Assembly (NCBI GenBank): GCA_973895155.1
Contig: OZ316893.1
Location: 21,560,955-21,624,954, forward strand
Length of the DNA: 64,000 bases
Source: Marsupella aquatica
Lineage: Eukaryota > Plantae > Marchantiophyta
Reading direction: 5' to 3'
The position numbers and the translations under genes were made by a program. Within the stretch, counting starts at the first letter, position 1, and every line of letters begins with the position of its first letter. Positions 50,731 through 60,351 of this stretch are shown here, one piece after another. Under the pieces are notes generated by a model. That model worked only from the letters and a program-made list of their open reading frames with translations, searched no databases and had not been told where the DNA came from.

Positions 50731-51249
50731 GTGCAACGCACGGGTATTGAGCTAGTGTTAGCATAAAAAGCGTGTGTCCTCGTCCAACCTCCCTGCTCAA
50801 CCAACTCCGGAAGCTCTTGTCGCATGTATGCCACACTCCTGCGCGCTTGGACAAATTCCCCCACAGCAATCGCTACTAATAGCTCTGGTGCCAACAACGT
50901 GAGCAGCATCCACAATGGCTTTGTGAAATATAGAGCAAACTTCGTGCTATTCAGTGGAGGGACACTAGAATGCTGCAGTGTCCAGGTGCAGATTCCCAGC
51001 GTGGCGGCGCAACTCCATAGGATGTCGAAAGTTCCTCGAGTGTTGGGTCCAGTGACCAAGCTGACGTTGGAGCCTATTGAGGGTCGGGTGCAATTTGTGT
51101 GGAACGTTGTCGCTGTTGTCGTCACAGGAATGGAGTAGAGAAGAACTACAATCACCCAGTATTTCAAGGCAGCCATCTAATCTAGGCCTCGACGATGTCT
51201 GAGACTGAAGCAATTGGAAAGTAGAGACTGCAGTCCCTCGCAAAGTGTC

Positions 51250-52403
51250 ACGTGATCAGGTAGTCACGTGATCGCTCCAACCAAAGTTGAATGTGGAAAT
51301 GTATGCGGCGTGCTCGGTGCAAGGAAAGACGTGCGGCGGTCTAGTAGAAAGCAAGTTGATCTTCAAAGCTTTCAAATGAACCGATAGGACAAACAATAGT
51401 TGCAAAGTAAGCCCCCCAGCAATTGACCACAACCTGGGGTTTGTCGCCAGAGAGGCCAGAACCTCGTGAGCCCCCCAGATCTCGAGCACGCTACTGACCA
51501 AAGGCTTTCTTCAGGACAAACGCTTGCCTGCAAACGCACAGCAGATCGAGAAATGAATGATCGCAAGCTCGCATAAGGACTGCGCTTAGCCCAGAAGATC
51601 GAAGCATGGAGCACTAAACAAGGCACGAGAACTAGAAAGTTACATGCATTATATATCCACCCCGCATTGAAAAGGCAGCGATGGAACAAAGACAGACAGA
51701 GAGACAGTACCTCCACGAAGCTATTTGCTTGAGAAGACTCGCAGCCGTTCAGCGCAGCAGTAGAACTGAAAGAGAGCCAATTTACACGTCAGTTGTTCTT
51801 CCCCGTCTTGTGTCAGAGCGCTCGCAGCTCCTGCTCCTCTTCTCTCACAGATGGAGAAATCCTGGGTGGAGGTTCGGTGGGCATCAAAGGGAGACCGATG
51901 GGAAGGGCCGTCCAAGGCCCAAGGATATATACGGTTGTCTGCCTTTGTCTTCCCGCTCAGATTGTTGAAGAAAACAATCTATAATTATCCGAAACCCCGA
52001 AGTCTTGATCGAGTCAATCTCTTGAAACAATTTTCCCCGATCTGGCGTGACCAGAATCTTGACTCTACCTGGTAATTGAGGATAACGTTTTTCTCCGATC
52101 TGGCGTGACCAGAATCTTGACAACTTACAACCTGCCGATTTAGAGTTAAAGTATTTAATTTCAAAAAGCTCAAGTTCCGAACTCTGGCAGTTTTGTTGGC
52201 TAGTTGTGCGGATCAGGGTCCGGGATAGACAAACAATTGACCAAATCTTTGAGCGACTAAAACTTGACCTACTCTACGTTGAGGCTACGCGTGCTTTGTA
52301 AGTTGTCTAGTTAGAAACAGACAAACAGTCAAAGCCATCGTGCTGGGCAAGTGACTGTTTTTCACATGTGGTCTAAGAACTTTCAGCTTGCCTCGATATT
52401 CAA
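51250..52403 (-). promoter_or_regulatory. Upstream region/5'UTR of copy A: TATA box (~51924-51931), 5 W-boxes, putative 5'UTR intron 51710-51528
   Basis: TTGACY on either strand at 52012, 52059, 52237, 52264 and 52327. On the minus strand: TATATA, donor GAG|GTACTG and acceptor TTGCAG. The region is duplicated at ~58990-60351. Function is inferred from motifs only. Confidence 0.55.
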
Positions 52404-53725
52404 TCGATTCGATTCCGTGCATGGTAGTATTGGAGGTGCTGCAGCCTCTATGTCAGTCAACGATGATCTTGCATTTCGGCATTAGAGAGAAATTGAAGAG
52501 TACAAAAGTGGTTTGATCGGGTAGAAGAATATCAAGTTTCGGTGAGGCAAAATGTCTGATGGCCAATGTAAATCAGCTCGGCAAACCTTTACATCAGCGA
52601 CATCTCTGTATTGGTTCGACTCCGCATTCAAAAGCCAGCGCGCGATTGAACGAAGACTGAACGACAAATATTTACCTCCACGAAGCATTTTGCTAGAGAA
52701 GAGTAGTAATAGAGTGGTGAAAGAGTGGCAGAATTGAAAGGGAAACAATTCTTAGGCGCGGGTTTGTTATCCCCTACGTCAACTGTTGTTGCCGTTGAAT
52801 TCGTCATACAAACGCTGTTTCCAAGGAGTTTAGCTGCCCTCCAATCCTTCTGCAACACCAGGCACTGATGATTCAGGATAATTACAGTGACGAAGAAGAG
52901 GTGTCTTGCATTGCACGTAACCGGCCCCTAAATTTGCAGCCCGGGACGATGGTCTGGCGGCGAAATAGCGCAGGTAAAATTTGGTCTTGAGAAGTTTGTG
53001 CCAGAACCGCCTCAATCGGACAAAGTCCGCAAACGTTCTGGCCCTTGATGTCCCGACCGTTGAATCTCGAATAAAACACTCACAGCAGCCGCAGCACCAT
53101 AGCTTTTCCTTGACAGAGTTGAGGGATAAGACTGTGAATTTTGGAAGTTTGAGAACATTCGACCGAGTATATGTACATACCATGAGTAAAATTGATGCTC
53201 CCATGAATTGCAGTAGTGAACAATGCAACCCCTATGGACCGTGACACTCAATCACACCCTCCAGCAACAAAGTTTTACCTCCAATATAGTGCTTGCCATT
53301 GTACTCAATTGGATCTCCTTGGGCTCTTTAAAGCAGTTTGGAAATATATCTAATTCCAAGTACCAGTCTAATATATGTAATTTCCATGAAGAATTGAGAA
53401 AGTTGTGAATTCTATAGATTAATAGGCCAATCACTCATTGTGAACACTATTGTCCACACTTTGGGCTGAGAAGTTAACTTTGGCATTCAAATCCCACTCT
53501 ATATCCAATGTAATCTTAATATTTTTGGGTTAGTAAGTTACTAGGAACTGGTTGGGAAGATCCTTCCAATGAGCCTAAAATAGTCAAAATTTCGTTGAAA
53601 ATTGAGAATTCTACAAACTTCCAAAGGCAGCTCTCATTTTCTGGCCACATTTGATTAATCAGTGCAGTATGTAATTACTAGGTGAGCAGAAAAGAGGGTT
53701 CTGCTGCAGTCCACCTGGGTTGCAA

Positions 53726-53848
53726 TTTATCCTAACATTTGGACAAACATGGAGGTCCATTCAGGCTTCAATTTAGGTCTATTATACATTAATCTATCCT
53801 AACATATGGAGGTCCATTCAGGCTTCAATTTCAAGTCTATTATACATT
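53726..53848. repeat. Short tandem duplication, ~57-bp period
   Basis: ATGGAGGTCCATTCAGGCTTCAATTT...GTCTATTATACATT occurs twice. Confidence 0.8.
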
Positions 53849-55880
53849 TTAACTCAAAAATGAAAAAACTTTGGTGCCTATCTGAGTAACTCAGTACCCT
53901 AGTACTGTAAGCCATATGTATGTATGACATGCCTGGACATTGCCCCTCCCCTTCCTCTCACTCACATTCTCTCTGCCCTTCCCTTCCTGAATGCACTGAA
54001 GTAATCGTGGTGGGATCCTAGAACCCAGTCTCCTATGAGATTGGGTAGACAATCAAGAATAATGGTGAGATAGTATATATGGAAAATTGTGACCAAACAA
54101 TAACAAATACAGAGGACAAGTTTATTCCTATTTTCCTATATTTTGACACTTATATATGGTGAATCCAACTTTCATGTTTTGTCTTATTCAAATTTTTGTA
54201 TCATGTATTTTTATTTAAATGTACCTTAGAATTTATTCTGGCACACCTCTAAATTTTTTAAATCTTTGCTATAATTAAGATCATGCACCCTTTAACAAAG
54301 GGTGTGGAATTTCTAGCTCTCATTCTCATGAGTGCAGAAAAAATGATCTAAATAATGTGCATACCTTGTGTGTTTAAGTACTACTCATGGTTTTGTGTCC
54401 TAAATTTATGGTTTTAATTATTGAGTGTCATTAAGTAAAGTAAGTACATGAGTATCTCTGCTCATGCACATTCTGTGCACATCCCAATACCATAAATTTC
54501 AACTTTCCTGTTCATAATTACTTTTATACCTTATGTGCACAAGTTTCAATATCATAGATGGTACGTCTTCCTAGTCAATGTTCTGTGTAAATTTTAATTA
54601 GAACATCTACACATCACTAAAAAACAAAAAATGAAGCATGTTCCAGTATGAGCATGCTATATCTGCGGAAGGTTTTGGAAATGTAAGTTCTATGTTTTAC
54701 ATGTATATACAGATACACAAAGTAAGCATGATTGATCACTTTGTGTTTCCTTCCCAAATCCCAACTGAATCACTAAATAATAATTTCTAGTAATCAAAAG
54801 TCTCTATTCTTAAAAGCATAGCTCAATGCCCGTGGTTGCACAGATGATGTCAAGACAAGGCAAGGAAATGTATGCAAGGTAAGAAACTTGGGTGAGGAAA
54901 CAAAATGTAAGTGAGGCAAAGAAATCATGTGATGGTCACTCCACAATATATGAGGGGAGAAAGTGTATCCTTTTTCTTTAGTCCTTTAGTACTTTTTTCC
55001 TTTTTCCTCTGCAGGCGCCCTCCCTTCTCTCCGTCCCTCCCACCCGCGCCCATTCGCTCCCTTTACCCACCCTTTTCTTCCCTCCAACAGGTTTACAAAA
55101 AGACAAAAAACTGGAGGAAAAAACAAAATTAACCCAAAGGAAAAGGTAAAGTTCACTTCAACATGCAAACGGCAAGAAGGCAAAAAAGCTCTCCATACCA
55201 AGGGACTTCCCATAAGACTCTACGTACATGACATAAAATAATCTATGTTAAGTACTCCATATTGACACAGTGCCAAGTGTAGTCAGTGCCTTGTACTTAT
55301 TTAATGTAAAAGCCAGTAATCTCTTTGGCACACTTTGAGTCAAGGGAAGGGTTGGAAAAACCCTGGTGTACATCTGACGGCAGTGTGAAATTCCCTCATT
55401 TCTCAAATTTGTAAACAGACTGTAAGGAAACTTTTGGGTAGGATAGCATATTATAATGTTTGATACCCCATGCAAAGTAACAGTTACTCTATGACATCAC
55501 ATGTGCCACGTCCCAAATTCTAAGATTATGAAACTGCTATATGGTGTATACACTTTTCAGATTTTGTGTTCAATATTTTGATTTTAATGTGCCTTAAAAA
55601 AGTGAATCATTTGTATTAATTTGGATTTGAATTAACTTTTGGACCCCTTCTAATTCTAGTGAACTTAGAGTATTTTAAATGTATATGGCTCCCCTAATAA
55701 ATGTTAAATTTTTCTTTTTCAATCACTCCTTAGTGAATTATATTTTATTGAATTAGTGAGAGAAATGAATTTGAACAATGTGCACATCTGATATACTAAG
55801 TTATTCTCGATCATGTTTTTCTTTACAAAATCTATGGTTTTAATTGAGTTTATTGTCATTACCCAAAAGCACTGGAAATC

Positions 55881-56165
55881 TACTGTATGTGCACAACTCT
55901 TTAGTACCTTTGTATCTTCTTGGTCATAATGTATTTTTCTTTGTACTGTATGTGCACAACTTGTTAGTACCTTTGTATTTTCTTGGTCATAATGTACTTT
56001 TTTCTGCATGTGTACTATGTCACTCACTCTTAATTAACACATTTTTTTTTACAGCCGTTTGGCAGCAGTTGGCTTTTTCCTGATTGTTTTTTAATTTCTT
56101 AAAGACACCATGCACTTGAACATCCTGTTTTTTAATTTCTTAAAGACACCATGCACTTGAACATC
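55881..56165. repeat. Two adjacent short tandem duplications (63-bp period at 55881/55944; 41-bp period at 56085/56126)
   Basis: TACTGTATGTGCACAACT...GGTCATAATGTA x2 and TGTTTTTTAATTTCTTAAAGACACCATGCACTTGAACATC x2. Confidence 0.85.
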
Positions 56166-57530
56166 TGTGAATTGAACCCTTAATTGTCCAGTGAGCACTA
56201 GACAACCTTCCAAGTAGAGTCTAGACTGACTCTGAACCCGTGGATCATGGCAAGGAGGCAGATTGCTTTTGTGAACACAGGAATCTAAAAAAACGGGACA
56301 ACCGCAACCTTAGCAGAGCTTAGGAAATCAAATCAACAAGCTAAGAGTGCAGAGCAGGAGATTTGCAAGACACCTATGACAAAGATTCTAGAGCTAAAGA
56401 TCAAAGCAATGCCCATAATGCTATCCAAAGAAAAATCCAAAATGAGCACATCAAAACGGCACAGCCCAGGCCACAAACATGGAACATCCAGAGCGAGTAT
56501 AGATCATCGAGGAAGCAGCAGCGACTGTCCAGCATCCAGCACAAGCATCGATCCAGCAAGCTGCAATGACAAGCATCCAGCTAGAGGCAGCGACAGCAAA
56601 CCCCGATGCCATACAGAACTCTAAACTCCCTAGTAGCCAAGGGTCAAGCAGCATAAGGCAAACAAAACAAGAGACAGTGAGAGCACAACAAGAGCATGGA
56701 CTAACAAACTAAACATCGAGCAGCAAGTACGAGCACTGATGCCTAAGAAATTGAGCATGAACCAAAATGAGTTCCAGAAAACCCTTTGGCTGGAATGAAT
56801 CAGATCCAAAATGAGATCAGGAACTAGTTAGAGCCATGAGAGCAGCCTGGCAGCCCATCGCAGCACCCAGCTATGTTCAGCCCCATCGCAAGCTCTCTCT
56901 CCTTTTCCAGCCAGCCGAGCTGCGACGATGAGCCTGAGAACCCAGCAGCATCGCAGCACGAGAGCTAGAGCAGCATCAACGAGCGAGAGCCTGAGCAGCA
57001 CGAGAATGATGAGCCTGATGAACAAGAGCACATTGCAAACTGAGAGCAGCCTGGCAGCACCCAGCAGCATCAACGAGAGCGAGGGCGAGAGGCACTCCGA
57101 CGAGGAGCCTGGGCAGCATCAACTGACGTACCTCCAAAATGTACGTTTTTGGAAATGTACCCCTAGCCTTGAATACCACTATACTCCTCCGCGCGATCCA
57201 GCTCCTAGATTTAAATGTACATTTTTGAAAATGCTCTTCATACCACAAGACTTGGATATATACCCCAATCATTGCTTGTATACCCTCATTCTGGTTCATT
57301 GGATGCCCCCACCATTATGTATTTTATGCATGCACTATGTCCTGCTTAGGAAACTTTTTGCTAGATGAGTATTTTATGCTAGAAAATATTTATCATGTTC
57401 CAGGATGAAGGATGCTTTATATGCCATGTCCCAAATACGTGTAATTAAGAAATTGCTTGACAGTCAACCATTTCTTGTAATCAGAAGCTTTTATGTACAA
57501 ATATATTATTGGTCCAATATGCATGTTCCT

Positions 57531-58889
57531 CTACACATGCGGAAAGTATTTGGACCATGTTACAAGAGCAAAAGCCTCTCCTGGTAAAAACCATAAATAC
57601 CTGTAACTTTCTACCAAAAGAACCACCCTAGCAGCTGCGTAAAAGACAATTGCTACATAGGTCGCACAGCCCCTGAGTGGAACCCTACCCAGAACCATTG
57701 TGGCAAACTTAGTACCAACTGTCGAGAAAACCAAAAGCAATAGAGGAATTGCTGTTGTTAAAACTGAAGATGTCCTCCAAAATTTTCTATCAGCGTCATT
57801 GATGAAGTGGAAATTCCAAGCTAAGAGATGAATCGCCCCAAAAATAGCGCCCCCCACACTGAAGCCCACTATGATTAAGTGAGCCTTCCTTCCTAAACGA
57901 AGGTTAAATCCTTCGTAATCTTCAGTCACTTCATAACAGTCCAATGCCTTACGAGTGTCAAACCAGTCATTAGAGGCGGGCATTGTTTCAGGGCCCTCAT
58001 CCAAAATGATTGGAACACTCACATCTTGAGGTTTCCTTAGCCACAACATGTAGCTTATAAAAGTACATATAGAATATCCTCCAACTGAAATTTCAAGTTG
58101 TGAAACAAATAGATTCTGGGCCCAGCGAGTACAGATCTGGACAATGAACCAGAAGATTTGGAGTCCTGCAATGCATTTTAGGAAAAGGTCTCCTTGTGCT
58201 CTGCATTGTATATCCGTTTTCGTGATGAATTTTCGTGGAGGGGGAAGCGATTTATAATACATCACCATTCTTTCCGTATTTAATACCAATAAATCACTTT
58301 GTCGTACTTCAGAAGTTTGAAACATACTCTTATCTATCGCAATAGGAGTACTGGCAAGGTCTGGCTCATCAACTACTCTCTTCCTCAACATAAATCCATA
58401 CATGCCAGCATAAAAAGCGTGTGTCATTGACCAGCCTCCTTTCTGAACCAACTCCGGAAGCTCGCGTTTCATGTATCTCACACTCCTCCGCGCTTGGACA
58501 CATTCTCCCAAAGCCTCCCCCAGTATCAACTCCGGTGCCACCAATGTGGCAAGCATGTAAAATGGCTTTCTAAAAAATAGACCAACTCTGCCACTATCGA
58601 GGGGAGGGACGTTTAGATGCTGAACTTGCCAGGTGCATATTAAGAGTGTGAAGATGCAAGTCAATAGAATTTCCGAAGTTCCTCTGGTGTTGGGTGTAGT
58701 GATGATGTTGAAACCCGAACTTGTGTGTGCACTGAAGGTGGAATCTGGTGTGGGTCGGGTGCAATTCGTATAGAATACTGTTGTTGGTTTCGAAATAATA
58801 TCGCGGGAGAGATAGAATCCCGTAGTCGTTGACGCCCCTACAGCGGCAGCGATAATAACCGAAACCTGAGTCTGTTTCGAGCCAGCCAT
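57531..58889 (-). CDS. Copy B (intact, intronless, 452 aa) of an uncharacterised multi-pass membrane protein resembling a fungal family
   Basis: Uninterrupted ORF with multiple hydrophobic segments and the motifs NTRGT..IL.TC..TL.ICTW..QHLNVP, APEL, WSMTHAFYAGMYG, DIQ...GD...K...Q..WF..Q...R...L.VSQLE, W.RKPQDV, FGAIHL.AW.F.F...WR.SS, Y..AR......YR.L..LP...WSKYFPHV. Confidence 0.88.
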   Translation of the reverse strand: MAGSKQTQVSVIIAAAVGASTTTGFYLSRDIISKPTTVFYTNCTRPTPDSTFSAHTSSGFNIITTPNTRGTSEILLTCIFTLLICTWQVQHLNVPPLDSGRVGLFFRKPFYMLATLVAPELILGEALGECVQARRSVRYMKRELPELVQKGGWSMTHAFYAGMYGFMLRKRVVDEPDLASTPIAIDKSMFQTSEVRQSDLLVLNTERMVMYYKSLPPPRKFITKTDIQCRAQGDLFLKCIAGLQIFWFIVQICTRWAQNLFVSQLEISVGGYSICTFISYMLWLRKPQDVSVPIILDEGPETMPASNDWFDTRKALDCYEVTEDYEGFNLRLGRKAHLIIVGFSVGGAIFGAIHLLAWNFHFINDADRKFWRTSSVLTTAIPLLLLVFSTVGTKFATMVLGRVPLRGCATYVAIVFYAAARVVLLVESYRYLWFLPGEAFALVTWSKYFPHV

Positions 58890-58989
58890 CCCGATCGACG
58901 GTGTTCGGGCTGAAGCAACTGGAAGGTTGTGGTCGGATGTCTGGCTCAGACAGACGGACTCGCTACGGTACGTGACCAGTGGAAACCTT

Positions 58990-60351
58990 GATCAGGTGCA
59001 AGTCAGATCATCGCTCTTACAAAGTTGAATGTGGGAATGTCTGCGCCTTGCTTCAGTACAAGGAAACGATTGACTTGCGGGGTTTGATCTTCAAAGCGTT
59101 CAAATGAACCAGAGGACAACTGTAGTCGCAAGGTAAGCCGGAAGGTAAGCCCCTTCAACAATTGACGACAACCTGGCGTCTGTCCACAGAAAAGCCAGAG
59201 CCCCGTGAGCCCCTCAGATCTCGAGCATGCTATAGACCAAAGGCCTTCTTCACCATAAACGCATGCCTGCAAACACATAGCCGACCGAGAACTAGTTGAA
59301 AACGCAAGCTCGCATTAGGACTGCGTTTAGCCCAGAAGATCGAAACATACTTCACTAAACATCGCACGAAACTAGAAAGTTGCAATTCGCATTCAAAAAG
59401 CCAGTGATCGAACAAAGACAAACAGACAAACAGTACCTCCACTTCACTAAACATGGCACGAAAACTAGAAAGTTGCATCCATGATCCACCCCGCATTTAA
59501 AAAGCCAGTGATCGAACTAAGACAGACAGACAAACAGTACCTCCACTTCACTAAACATGGCACGAAAACTAGAAAGTTGCATCCATGATCCACCCCGCAT
59601 TTAAAAAGCCAGTGATCGAACTAAGACAGACAGACAAACAGTACCTCCACGAAGCTATTTGCTTGAGAAGACTGGCAGCCGTTCAGCGCAGCAGTAGAAC
59701 TGAAAGAGAGCCAATTTACACGTCAGTTGTTCTTCCCCGTCTTGTGTCAGAGCGCTCGTCGCTCCTGCTCCTCTTCTCTCACAGATGGAGATATCCTGGG
59801 TGGAGGTTCGGTGGGCATCAAAGCAAGACAGATGGGAAGGGCCGTCCAAGGCCCAAGGATATATACGGTTGTTTGCCTTTGTCTTCCCGCTCAGATTGTT
59901 GAAGAAAACAATCTATATCCGGTTCGTGAACCCCGAAGTCTTGATCGAGTCAATCTCTTGAAACAATTTTTTCCGATCTGGCATGACCAGAATCTTGACT
60001 CTACCTGGTAATTGAGGATAACGATTCTCTCCGATCTGGCGTGACCAGAATCTTGACAACTTACAACCTGCCGATTTAGAGTTAAAGTATTTAATTTCAT
60101 AAAGCTCAAGCTCCGAACTCTGGCACTCTGGCAGTTTTGTTGGCTAGTTGTGCGGATCAGGGTCCGGGATATATAGACAAACAATTGACCAAATCTTTGA
60201 GCGACTAAAACTTGACCTACTCTACGTTGAGGCTACGCGTGCTTTGTAAGTTGTCTAGTTAGAAACAGTCAAACATTCAAACCAATCGTGCTGGGCAAGT
60301 GACTGTTCTTCACATGTGGTCTAAGAACTTTCAGCTTGCCTCGATATTCAA
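58990..60351 (-). promoter_or_regulatory. Upstream region/5'UTR of copy B, duplicate of 51250-52403, with the same TATA box and 5 W-boxes
   Basis: W-boxes at 59948, 59995, 60185, 60212 and 60267. 59655-60351 is nearly identical to 51721-52403, and homology ends at ...GCCTCGATATTCAA. Confidence 0.55.
59349..59650. repeat. Tandem triplication (104-bp period; first unit shorter) spanning the putative 5'UTR intron donor of copy B
   Basis: CAGTACCTCCAC at 59431, 59535 and 59639. Copy A has a single copy (51705). Confidence 0.9.

Larger units (their letters stand above)
47726..50755 (+). mobile_element. Non-autonomous Helitron (rolling-circle transposon), 3030 bp
   Basis: Begins TC (47726) after host A47725 and ends GTGCAACGCACGGGTATTGAG-CTAG (hairpin plus CTAG at 50752-50755) before host T50756. 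There is no target-site duplication, the empty site restores the host ORF, and no Rep/helicase ORF is present. Confidence 0.9.
46797..51176 (-). pseudogene. Copy A of the fungal-type multi-pass membrane protein gene, split by a Helitron (5' part 51176-50756, 3' part 47725-46797)
   Basis: Joining 50756 to 47725 gives ...THAFYA-AAC-ATG-TAT-GGA (ANMYG) and a continuous 1350-nt ORF (449 aa plus stop). It is colinear with the 452-aa paralogue at 57531-58889 and has no other lesion. Confidence 0.88.

Noticed and set aside
50742-50760. CACTAG on the minus strand at the insertion edge, suggesting a CACTA transposon
   Set aside because: There is no matching TIR at the other end and no 3-bp TSD. TC...hairpin-CTAG between A and T fits a Helitron exactly.
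52430-53244. Coding-looking stretch including HSFSLTELRDKTVNFG, reminiscent of the pre-kinase motif of receptor-like kinases
   Set aside because: No kinase subdomains follow and the frames are broken by stops, so it cannot be supported without a search.
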